DNA from: a virus
Lineage: Duplodnaviria > Heunggongvirae > Uroviricota > Caudoviricetes
Strand: one strand, 5' to 3'
DNA length: 30,612 nt
Virus record (IMG/VR): IMGVR_UViG_2859827302_000008
Position numbers and translations under genes: made by a program. This document shows positions 19,110 through 27,759 of the stretch, one piece after another (within the stretch, counting starts at the first letter, position 1; every line of letters starts with the position of its first letter). A model generated the notes under the pieces. It did not search any database. It saw only the letters and a program-made list of their open reading frames with translations, and had not been told where the DNA came from.

Positions 19110-19624
19110 ATGCAGCCCTCACAATATAGTTAAAAGCGACATTTCGTGGGCGTGTTTCATTCGCACCTGCAGGTTTAGTCGTTGCCGCAACAACACCACC
19201 CTCTGTAATAGCCGGGTTGGGAATTGGGTAATTATCGAAGTCAATGGCCGGAGACAGGGGCGTGATTTGTTTTAAAATCGTGGTGCCTGTAAAACTTTCC
19301 AGAGTCTGGTCGTTAGTTCGTGAAGTCCAGATTCCCCAATAGTGGTTATGACTGACAATCGCACCGTCCTGAAGCGTTAATAATCCCCTTCCGTTATCCA
19401 CTCCACGTCCGTCATCCCAGCCACGAATAAACTCACCGCGTAAATCAGGCAATTTATTTGTCGGGTAAGCCTTTGCCAGTTCCGGGTATTCTTCAGCAGA
19501 AAAAGCCGCACCATTGCATTTCAGCCAGCCTGTCGGCGGAGTGGCTGAAGGCCACGGAACAGGCACACCAACAGGTAATGCAGAGCCTTCTCCCAAACCA
19601 ACGTTTAAGAAAATGCAGAGATAA
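19110..19624 (-). pseudogene. Orphan tail-fibre variable C-terminal segment (Sv'-type, inverted orientation), lacking its constant 5' partner
   Basis: Minus-strand translation …PVPWPSATPPTGWLKCNGAAFSAEEYPELAKAYP…ETRPRNVAFNYIVRAAW is typical of invertible-segment tail-fibre tips. The 5' end begins within the gix-like site and the 3' end abuts IS1, which supplies the stop codon. Confidence 0.65.
19599..19624. promoter_or_regulatory. gix/pix-like DNA-invertase crossover site
   Basis: TTCTCCCAAACCAACGTTTAAGAAAA versus recalled gix consensus TTATCCAAAACCTCGGTTTACAGGAA. It lies inside the tail-fibre reading frame, next to the invertase gene. Confidence 0.5.
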
Positions 19625-19668
19625 TGGCTAACTGGCATCATCTCCGGTTTTTATTCAGGGGATTGATC

Positions 19669-20235
19669 ATGCTTATTGGCTATGTACGCGTGTCAACAAA
19701 TGACCAGAACACCGATTTGCAACGTAATGCACTGAACTGCGCGGGATGTGAGCGGATTTTTGAGGATAAAATCAGTGGCACTAAGCCCGACAGACCGGGG
19801 CTTAAAAAACTGCTCAGGACACTATCGGCAGGAGACACGCTGGTTGTCTGGAAGCTGGACAGACTGGGACGCAGTATGCGGCATCTTGTTACGCTGATAG
19901 AAGAGTTGCGCCAGCGTGGTGTGAATTTCCGAAGCCTGACTGACAGTATTGATACCAGTACCCCAATGGGCCGTTTCTTTTTTCACGTCATGGGGGCTCT
20001 GGCTGAAATGGAACGTGAACTGATAGTTGAACGTACCAGAGCAGGGCTGGCTGCAGCTCGTGCCAAAGGCAGAGTAGGTGGACTCCGTCCTAAGTTGACC
20101 ACCGAACAGTGGGCACAGATTGGACGTTTACTCGAGGCCGGAGAATCAAGACAGCGTATTGCACTGATTTTTGATGTGGGCGTTTCTACCATTTATAGAA
20201 AATTTCCGGCGAATGAGAGCAATGAATCGCCCTGA
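19669..20235 (+). CDS. pin: Serine-recombinase DNA invertase (Pin/Gin/Hin/Cin family)
   Basis: Translation MLIGYVRVSTNDQNTDLQRNAL…VVWKLDRLGRSM…GALAEMERELI… carries the catalytic Ser in YVRVST and a C-terminal HTH. Start taken as ATG 19669. Confidence 0.9.
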   Translation: MLIGYVRVSTNDQNTDLQRNALNCAGCERIFEDKISGTKPDRPGLKKLLRTLSAGDTLVVWKLDRLGRSMRHLVTLIEELRQRGVNFRSLTDSIDTSTPMGRFFFHVMGALAEMERELIVERTRAGLAAARAKGRVGGLRPKLTTEQWAQIGRLLEAGESRQRIALIFDVGVSTIYRKFPANESNESP

Positions 20236-20283
20236 GTCAGTATTATTTTGATTTTTCCTGTAAGCGGACAAATACCGTCATTT

Positions 20284-20301
20284 TGTGTGAATAACGACAC
20301 A
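20284..20301. promoter_or_regulatory. Ogr/Delta-type late-promoter dyad TGT-N12-ACA upstream of FI
   Basis: TGTgtgaataacgacACA about 75 bp upstream of the FI start. Confidence 0.4.
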
Positions 20302-20377
20302 ACTGCGCTTAGCTGTTTGTCAGGCACAATCACTTCAACATAGGGCGAAGCCTAATCCAATCAGGAGGTTCGCCACT

Positions 20378-21550
20378 ATGGCTCAGGATTACCACCACGG
20401 GGTGCGCGTTGTTGAAGTCAACGAAGGCACCCGATCCATTACCACGGTGAGCACCGCCATCGTGGGTATGGTCTGCACGGGCGATGATGCCGATGCAAAA
20501 ATGTTTCCTCTTAATAAACCTGTGCTGATCACTGATGTGCTGACCGCCAGCGGTAAAGCGGGTGAGTCTGGCACGCTGGCCCGTTCGCTGGATGCCATCG
20601 CTGACCAGGCAAAACCCGTGACCGTTGTTGTGCGTGTGCCGCAGGGTGAAACGGAAGAAGAAACCACAACCAATATCATTGGCGCAGTGACCGCCGAGGG
20701 TAAAAAAACAGGTATGAAAGCCCTGTTATCTGCCCAGTCACAGCTCGGCGTTAAACCGCGCATTCTCGGCGTGCCAGGTCACGACACGAAGGCGGTAGCT
20801 ACTGAGTTGCTGAGCGTGGCGCAAAGCCTGCGTGGATTTGCTTACCTGTCAGCGTATGGTTGCAAGACGGTGCAGGAAGCAATCACTTACCGTGAAAACT
20901 TCAGTCAGCGTGAAGGAATGCTGATCTGGCCCGACTTTACTGGCTGGGACACGGTGCTGAATGCCGAAGCAACGGCTTATGCCACCGCCCGTGCGCTCGG
21001 TCTGCGCGCTAAAATTGATGAGCAGACCGGATGGCACAAAAGCCTGTCCAACGTGGGCGTGAACGGTGTCACCGGAATTTCTGCTGATGTGTTCTGGGAT
21101 CTGCAGAACCCGGCAACCGATGCAGGTCTGCTTAACCAGAACGATATCACCACGCTTATCCGCAAAGACGGTTTCCGCTTCTGGGGTTCCCGCTGTCTGA
21201 GCGATGATCCGCTCTTTGCCTTCGAAAACTACACCCGCACGGCGCAGGTGCTGATGGACACGATGGCAGAAGCGCACATGTGGGCGGTGGACAAACCGCT
21301 GAACCCGTCGCTGGCCCGCGACATTATCGAAGGTATCCGCGCCAAAATGCGTAGCCTGGTCAGTCAGGGCTATCTCATTGGTGGTGATTGCTGGCTGGAC
21401 GAGTCGGTGAACGATAAAGACACGCTGAAAGCCGGGAAACTCACCATCGATTACGACTACACGCCAGTGCCGCCACTTGAAAACCTGATGCTGCGTCAGC
21501 GCATCACCGATCAGTACCTGGTGAATTTCTCCAGCCAGGTCAGCGCGTAA
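20378..21550 (+). CDS. FI: Tail sheath protein (gpFI-like)
   Basis: 390-aa ORF with AGGAGG ribosome-binding site; size and position match P2 FI. Confidence 0.9.
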   Translation: MAQDYHHGVRVVEVNEGTRSITTVSTAIVGMVCTGDDADAKMFPLNKPVLITDVLTASGKAGESGTLARSLDAIADQAKPVTVVVRVPQGETEEETTTNIIGAVTAEGKKTGMKALLSAQSQLGVKPRILGVPGHDTKAVATELLSVAQSLRGFAYLSAYGCKTVQEAITYRENFSQREGMLIWPDFTGWDTVLNAEATAYATARALGLRAKIDEQTGWHKSLSNVGVNGVTGISADVFWDLQNPATDAGLLNQNDITTLIRKDGFRFWGSRCLSDDPLFAFENYTRTAQVLMDTMAEAHMWAVDKPLNPSLARDIIEGIRAKMRSLVSQGYLIGGDCWLDESVNDKDTLKAGKLTIDYDYTPVPPLENLMLRQRITDQYLVNFSSQVSA

Positions 21551-21559
21551 GGGGACAAC

Positions 21560-22075
21560 ATGGCTTTACCACGCAAATTAAAACACCTGAACCTGTTTAA
21601 CGACGGGAACAACTGGCAGGGGATCGTTGAGTCGCTGACGCTGCCGAAATTCACCCGCAAATATGAGAAGTATCGCGGCGGCGGTATGCCCGGAGCGGTG
21701 GATGTGGATCTGGGACTGGATGACAGTGCACTGGATACAGAATTTTCCATTGGTGGTACTGAACTGCTGCTGTTTAAGCAGATGGGCAAAGCCACGGTGG
21801 ATGGCATCCAGCTGCGCTTTACCGGCTCTATTCAGCGTGATGATACCGGGGAAGTGCAGGCCGTGGAGCTTGTGGTGCGTGGACGTCACAAAGAAGTAGA
21901 TTCCGGCGAGTGGAAGACGGGCGAAAGCAACACTACCAAAGTGACCAGTACCAACAGCTACGCGAAGCTGACCATCAATGGTGAGGTGCTCTATGAAGTG
22001 GACCTGATCAACATGGTGGAAATTGTGGACGGTGTGGACCTGATGGAAGCGCACCGCAACGCCCTCGGCCTCTGA
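21560..22075 (+). CDS. FII: Tail tube protein (gpFII-like)
   Basis: 171-aa ORF directly after FI; matches P2 FII. Confidence 0.9.
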   Translation: MALPRKLKHLNLFNDGNNWQGIVESLTLPKFTRKYEKYRGGGMPGAVDVDLGLDDSALDTEFSIGGTELLLFKQMGKATVDGIQLRFTGSIQRDDTGEVQAVELVVRGRHKEVDSGEWKTGESNTTKVTSTNSYAKLTINGEVLYEVDLINMVEIVDGVDLMEAHRNALGL

Positions 22076-22129
22076 TGTATCTGAACGGCGCGGAATGCCG
22101 CGCCAGAACCTAATTTACAGGACAACAAA

Positions 22130-22432
22130 ATGAGCGATAAGCAGACTGAAAAGACCATTCAACTGGATACTCCCATCATGCGCGGTAAAACAGAAATTAC
22201 CGAAATTGTGTTGCGTAAACCGCAGTCCGGTGCGCTGCGCGGCACACGCCTGCAGGCCATTATGGATATGGATGTGAACGCGATGATGACCGTGATCCCC
22301 CGCATCTCCAGTCCGGCACTGACTGCACAGGAAATTGCAGAGATGGACCCGGCAGATCTCACTGCCATGTCGGTTGAGGTTGTCACTTTTTTGTTGAAGA
22401 AGTCGGTGCTTGCCGGTTTACCGACAGCCTGA
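22130..22432 (+). CDS. E: Tail assembly chaperone E
   Basis: 100-aa ORF between the tube and tape-measure genes, containing the slippery heptamer near its 3' end. Confidence 0.75.
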   Translation: MSDKQTEKTIQLDTPIMRGKTEITEIVLRKPQSGALRGTRLQAIMDMDVNAMMTVIPRISSPALTAQEIAEMDPADLTAMSVEVVTFLLKKSVLAGLPTA

Positions 22433-22566
22433 CGGTTGACGATCTGGTGGCTGATATCGCCACCATCTTTCACTGGCCGCCATCCGTTACTGACGTTATG
22501 CCGCTGACCGAAGTGCTGGAATGGCGGGATAAAGCGATTCAGAGAAGCGGGGCCAGCCATGAGTGA
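22130..22566 (+). CDS. E': E+E' product made by programmed -1 frameshift at T_TTT_TTG (22387..22393)
   Basis: Slippery heptamer is in X_XXY_YYZ phase with the E frame. The -1 frame stays open to TGA 22564..22566 and encodes …SLTVDDLVADIATIFHWPPS…, overlapping the T start. Confidence 0.6.
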
Positions 22567-25500
22567 CAATAACCTGCGTCTGCAGGTGATTCTTAATGCG
22601 GTTGACAAACTCACCCGCCCATTTCGATCCGCGCAGGCCAGTTCAAGAGAACTGGCTGCTGCTGTCAAAAAATCCCGCGATGCAATAAAGCAGCTTGATC
22701 AGGCCGGGAGCAGTCTGGACAGCTTCCGAAAGCTGCAGGCAGAAAATCAGAAATTAGGCGACAGGCTGAACTATGCCCGCCAGCGTGCAAATTTGCTCAG
22801 TCAGGAACTGGGAGCGATGGGGCCGCCTTCGCAACGTCAGGTTGTTGCTCTGGGCCGTCAACGGCTGGCTGTTCAGCGCCTGGAAGAACGCCAGAAAAAG
22901 CTGCAGCAGCAGACGGCGCTTGTGCGTGCAGAACTTTATCGTGCTGGTATTTCAGCTAATGATGGCGCCAGTGCGACGGCCCGCATTACCCGTGAAACGA
23001 TGCGTTATAACAGGCAGCTTTCTGAGCAGGAAGCGAGGTTACGACGTGTCGGGGAGCAACAGCGAAAAATGCACGCCGCCCGGGGGGCTTACGCCAGGCG
23101 TCTTGAGGTAAGGGATCGTATTGCAGGTGCCGGAGCCACCACCACGGCTGCAGGGCTGGCAATGGGCGCACCAGTGATGGCGGCAGTAAAAAGCTATACC
23201 AGCATGGAAGATGCCATGAAAGGTGTGGCAAAGCAGGTCAATGGTCTGCGTGACGATAATGGCAACCGCACTGCGCGTTTTTACGAAATGCAGGGTGCCA
23301 TCAAGGCTGCCAGCGAACAGTTGCCGATGGAAAACGGTGCTGTGGACTTCGCCGCACTGGTTGAAGGTGGTGCGCGCATGAACGTCGCAAACCCTGACGA
23401 CAGCTGGGAAGACCAGAAACGTGACCTGCTGGCCTTCGCCAGCACGGCGGCAAAGGCGGCAACAGCCTTTGAACTGCCAGCGGATGAACTGTCAGAAAGT
23501 CTGGGGAAAATCGCCCAGCTCTACAAAATCCCTACCCGCAATATTGAGCAGCTCGGTGATGCGCTGAACTATCTGGATGATAACGCCATGTCGAAAGGGG
23601 CGGACATCATTGATGTCATGCAACGCCTGGGCGGTGTGGCTGACCGTCTGGATTATCGTAAAGCGGCGGCGCTGGGTTCCACCTTCCTGACACTCGGCGC
23701 TGCGCCTGAGGTTGCAGCCAGTGCAGCAAACGCGATGGTGCGTGAATTGTCCATTGCCACCATGCAAAGCAAGAGTTTCTTTGAAGGGATGAATCTGCTG
23801 AAACTCAATCCAGAAGTGATTGAAAAGCAGATGACGAAGGATGCGATGGGAACTATCCAGCGGGTGCTGGAGAAGGTGAATGCGCTGCCACAGGATAAGC
23901 GCCTGTCTGCCATGACCATGTTGTTTGGTAAAGAGTTTGGCGATGACGCAGCGAAACTGGCAAACAACCTGCCGGAACTTCAGCGCCAGTTAAAACTGAC
24001 TGCGGGCAATGATGCGCTCGGTTCCATGCAGAAAGAATCCGACATCAACAAGGATTCACTTTCTGCTCAGTGGTTGCTGGTCAAAACCGGAGCACAGAAC
24101 ACCTTCAGCAGCCTGGGGGAAACGCTGCGCCAGCCGCTGATGGATATTCTGTACACGGTGAAAAGCGTCACGGGGGCGTTGCGTCGCTGGGTGGAAGCTA
24201 ACCCGGAACTGACGGGCACTCTGATGAAAGTAGCCGCTGTGGTAGCTGCCGTTACCGTGGGCCTCGGCACCTTAGCGGTGGCGCTGGCTGCAGTGCTGGG
24301 GCCGCTGGCAGTCATCCGTCTGGGATTCTCTGTGCTGGGTATCAAAACGTTACCTTCCGTTACGGCAGCAGTAACCCGAACCAGCAACGCGTTGTCCTGG
24401 CTGGCTGGCGCACCACTGGCACTGCTGCGACGCGGGCTTGCTTCATCGGGCAACGCTGCAGGTTTACTTACTGCGCCGTTGTCGTCTTTGCGCCGCACGG
24501 CATCACTGACGGGAAATGTCCTGAAAACTGTAGCAGGTGCGCCGGTTGCACTTTTGCGGTCTGGATTATCCGGTTTACGTGCGGTTGCTGTGATGTTTAT
24601 GAATCCACTGGCGGTACTACGCGGCGGACTGGCTGCCACAGGCACGGTGCTGCGTATGCTCGCATCCGGTCCACTGGCGATGCTGCGCGTTGCCCTGTAT
24701 GCCGTCTCTGGTCTGTTAGGTGCTCTGCTCAGTCTGATAGGTCTTGTGGTTACTGCACTGGCGGGTGTGGCGCTGGTTGTCTGGAAATACTGGCAGCCCA
24801 TCACCACATTTCTCGGTGGCGTGGTGGAAGGATTCAAAGCGGCGGCAGGTCCTGTCAGTGCCGCGTTCGAACCGCTTAAGCCTGTGTTCCAGTGGATTGG
24901 CGACAAAGTACAGGCGCTGTGGGGCTGGTTTACTGATCTGCTGACGCCCGTTAAGTCGACCTCTGCCGAACTGCAGAGTGCAGCGGCAATGGGGCGACGA
25001 TTCGGGGAGGCTCTGGCGGAAGGGCTGAATATGGTCATGCATCCGCTGGACTCCCTGAAATCCGGCGTTTCCTGGTTGCTGGAGAAACTTGGCATTGTCA
25101 GTAAAGAGGCCGCAAAGGCGAAACTGCCGGAAAGCGTGACGCGTCAGCAACCTGCGACGGTGAATGCAGACGGTAAAGTGATGATGCCATCGGGTGGTTT
25201 TCCGTCATGGGGATATGGCTTTGCGGGGATGTATGACAGCGGCGGGTATATCCCGCGCGGGCAGTTTGGCATCGTCGGTGAAAACGGGCCGGAAATTGTT
25301 AACGGCCCGGCAAATGTGACCAGCCGGAGAAATACAGCTGCACTGGCTGCCGTTGTTGCCGGAATGATGGGTGTTGCTGCTACGCCAGCAGAGCTTCCAC
25401 CGTTGCACCCTTTGGCACTTCCCGCGAAAGGCGGTGAAGCGATGGTGAGTCGTGCAGCCACTGTGCCGCCCGTTCAACGGATTGAGGCACCGATGCAGAT

Positions 25501-25636
25501 CATCATTCAAACGCAGCCAGGACAAAGTGCGCAGGATATTGCGCGGGAGGTGGCCCGCCAGCTTGATGAACGTGAACGCAGGCTGAAGGCAAAAGCCAGG
25601 AGTAACTACAGCGATCAGGGGGGATACGACGCATGA
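22559..25636 (+). CDS. T: Tail tape-measure protein (gpT-like)
   Basis: 1025-aa ORF; coiled-coil N-terminal half, Ala/Leu/Gly-rich repetitive hydrophobic middle, located after E/E'. Confidence 0.9.
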   Translation: MSDNNLRLQVILNAVDKLTRPFRSAQASSRELAAAVKKSRDAIKQLDQAGSSLDSFRKLQAENQKLGDRLNYARQRANLLSQELGAMGPPSQRQVVALGRQRLAVQRLEERQKKLQQQTALVRAELYRAGISANDGASATARITRETMRYNRQLSEQEARLRRVGEQQRKMHAARGAYARRLEVRDRIAGAGATTTAAGLAMGAPVMAAVKSYTSMEDAMKGVAKQVNGLRDDNGNRTARFYEMQGAIKAASEQLPMENGAVDFAALVEGGARMNVANPDDSWEDQKRDLLAFASTAAKAATAFELPADELSESLGKIAQLYKIPTRNIEQLGDALNYLDDNAMSKGADIIDVMQRLGGVADRLDYRKAAALGSTFLTLGAAPEVAASAANAMVRELSIATMQSKSFFEGMNLLKLNPEVIEKQMTKDAMGTIQRVLEKVNALPQDKRLSAMTMLFGKEFGDDAAKLANNLPELQRQLKLTAGNDALGSMQKESDINKDSLSAQWLLVKTGAQNTFSSLGETLRQPLMDILYTVKSVTGALRRWVEANPELTGTLMKVAAVVAAVTVGLGTLAVALAAVLGPLAVIRLGFSVLGIKTLPSVTAAVTRTSNALSWLAGAPLALLRRGLASSGNAAGLLTAPLSSLRRTASLTGNVLKTVAGAPVALLRSGLSGLRAVAVMFMNPLAVLRGGLAATGTVLRMLASGPLAMLRVALYAVSGLLGALLSLIGLVVTALAGVALVVWKYWQPITTFLGGVVEGFKAAAGPVSAAFEPLKPVFQWIGDKVQALWGWFTDLLTPVKSTSAELQSAAAMGRRFGEALAEGLNMVMHPLDSLKSGVSWLLEKLGIVSKEAAKAKLPESVTRQQPATVNADGKVMMPSGGFPSWGYGFAGMYDSGGYIPRGQFGIVGENGPEIVNGPANVTSRRNTAALAAVVAGMMGVAATPAELPPLHPLALPAKGGEAMVSRAATVPPVQRIEAPMQIIIQTQPGQSAQDIAREVARQLDERERRLKAKARSNYSDQGGYDA

Positions 25637-26118
25637 TGATGGTGCTGGGATTGTACGTGTTTATGCTGCGCACCGTGCCGTATCAGGAGCTGCAGTATCA
25701 ACGCAGCTGGCGACATGCGGCAAACAGCCGGGTAAACCGACGCCCGTCAACGCAGTTTCTGGGACCGGACAACGACATGCTGACGCTTTCTGGTGTTCTT
25801 ATGCCGGAGGTAACGGGCGGCAGGCTGTCGTTGCTGGCTCTGGAGCAGATGGCAGAACAGGGAAAAGCATGGCCCCTGATTGAAGGCAGCGGCACGATTT
25901 ACGGCATGTATGTGATTGAGGGACTGAATCAGACTAAAACGGAGTTTTTCCGCGACGGTATGCCGCGCCGGATTGAGTTCACCCTGTCGCTAAAACGCGT
26001 GGATGAATCCCTGTCCGATATGTTCGGTGATCTCAGTGCGCAACTGAATAATCTGCAGGGAACGGCAACATCTGCCTTAAGCGATATCAGTAAAACGGTG
26101 GGAGGGCTGCTGTCGTGA
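25633..26118 (+). CDS. U: Tail protein U
   Basis: 161-aa ORF coupled to T (ATGA overlap); size and position match P2 gpU. Confidence 0.8.
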   Translation: MMMVLGLYVFMLRTVPYQELQYQRSWRHAANSRVNRRPSTQFLGPDNDMLTLSGVLMPEVTGGRLSLLALEQMAEQGKAWPLIEGSGTIYGMYVIEGLNQTKTEFFRDGMPRRIEFTLSLKRVDESLSDMFGDLSAQLNNLQGTATSALSDISKTVGGLLS

Positions 26119-27215
26119 ATTTCAGCTCTGAACTGCTTAACAAAGGCAACAAAACTCCGGCATTCAGCATCAGTATTGAAGGCAGGGATATCACCACTGT
26201 GCTGGACAACCGCCTGATGGGGCTGACGCTGACGGATAACCGGGGCTTTGAGGCGGACTAGCTTGATCTGGAGCTGGACGACGCCGATGGAAAAATCGTG
26301 CTGCCGCGCCGTGGGGCTGTCATTACGCTGGCGCTGGGCTGGAAGGGACAGCCGCTTTTCCCGAAAGGGGCATTCACGGTGGACGAGATTGAACACACTG
26401 GCGCACCGGATCGCCTGACTATCCGGGCGCGAAGTGCTGATTTTCGTGAAACGCTGAATACCCGCCGTGAAAAGTCGTGGCACAAGACCACCGTTGGGGA
26501 AGTGGTGAAGGAAATAGCTGCGCGGCACAAACTGAAGATGGCATTGGGTGAAGACTTGTCGGATAAACTCGTGGAGCATATAGACCAGACTAATGAGAGT
26601 GACGGCAGTTTTTTGATGCGGCTGGCGCGCCAGTACGGTGCTATTGCGTCGGTGAAAAATGGCAATCTGTTATTCATCCGGCAGGGGCAGGGTAAAAGCG
26701 CCAGCGGTAAACCACTACCGGTGATCACTATCACACGCAAGGACGGCGACAGTCACCGCTTTACCCTGGCAGATCGCGGAGCTTACACGGGCGTCATTGC
26801 CAGCTGGTTGCATACCCGCGAACCCGCGAAGAAAGAAAGCACCACGGTGAAGCGTAAGCGCAGGACTAAGAAGCAGAAGAAAGAGCCGGAAGCGAAGCAG
26901 GGCGATTACCTGGTGGGTACGGATGAAAACGTGCTGGTACTTAATCGCACTTATGCCAACCGGAGCAACGCCGAACGGGCAGCGAAAATGCAGTGGGAAC
27001 GCCTGCAACGCGGCGTTGCATCATTCTCGCTACAACTGGCGGAAGGGCGGGCAGATCTCTACACAGAAATGCCTGTGAAGGTCAGTGGCTTTAAACAGCC
27101 GATAGATGATGTGGAATGGACCATTACGACTCTGACGCATACTGTCAGCCCGGATAACGGTTTTACGACCAGTCTGGAGCTTGAAGTGAGGATTGATGAT
27201 TTCGAAATGGAATGA
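26115..27215 (+). pseudogene. D: Tail protein gene D with in-frame amber codon (TAG at 26259..26261)
   Basis: GTG 26115 opens VNFSSELLNKGNKTPAFSISIEGRDITTVLDNRLMGLTLTDNRGFEAD, then TAG, then the same frame continues LDLELDDADG… through the 305-aa ORF to 27215. Confidence 0.8.
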
Positions 27216-27305
27216 TTCTTCGCAATGGAGAACTTTTAAGTTTGCAAAATGGAATAATGCGGTATCATTATTGTGAATTTAGCAAAAATGGGGAGAACTC
27301 GAAAA

Positions 27306-27524
27306 ATGATGATTTGCCCACTGTGTGGAAGTGCCGCCCATACTCGCAGCAGTTTTCAGGTATCTTCATTGACCAAAGAGCGTTACAACCAGTGCCAGAA
27401 CATTAACTGCAGCCATACTTTTGTTACCCATGAAACTTTTGTTCGTTCGATTGCAACGCCAAAAGAGTCAAATCCGGTTCAGCCGCATCCAATGAAATCA
27501 GGACAGGTGGCGCTCTCTCTTTGA
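27306..27524 (+). CDS. ogr: Ogr-type zinc-finger late-gene activator
   Basis: Translation MMICPLCGSAAHTRSSFQVSSLTKERYNQCQNINCSHTFVTHE… has the Cys4 pattern CxxC…CxxxxC and the size of P2 Ogr. The ORF track start at 27273 is in the same frame. Confidence 0.85.
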   Translation: MMICPLCGSAAHTRSSFQVSSLTKERYNQCQNINCSHTFVTHETFVRSIATPKESNPVQPHPMKSGQVALSL

Positions 27525-27604
27525 CGCTGCCGCCATTTTGTCGCCATCGTTAAAAAACAGTGCTTCTAACATCATGATTTTAAAAGGCATAAATTTCAGA
27601 CAAC

Positions 27605-27647
27605 AAAAAACCCATCAACCTTGAACCGAAATGGCGGGGTTGATGGG
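27605..27647 (-). terminator. Putative rho-independent terminator downstream of ybjL (minus strand)
   Basis: Inverted repeat CCCATCAACC…GGTTGATGGG (17-nt loop) with A6 on the plus strand, giving a U-tract on the minus-strand transcript. Confidence 0.45.
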
Positions 27648-27759
27648 CTCCACAAAATGGGGACATCAAAGAAAAGCAGTGGCACTAATTAAGACTGATG
27701 CCCTGCGGAAAAGTTCTGCGGTTGTGCAAAAAAATTTCATTTTCAGGGCAACTTCAGTT

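Noticed and set aside
24067-25095. 342-aa minus-strand ORF inside the tape-measure gene
   Set aside because: Lies entirely antisense to the well-supported T gene in GC-rich sequence, and its translation is low-complexity Ala/Ser/Pro/Arg-rich. Treated as a shadow ORF.
25929-26740. Minus-strand ORFs of 216 and 160 aa overlapping U and D
   Set aside because: Antisense to conserved tail genes; Arg/Ser-rich low-complexity translations typical of reverse-frame artefacts.
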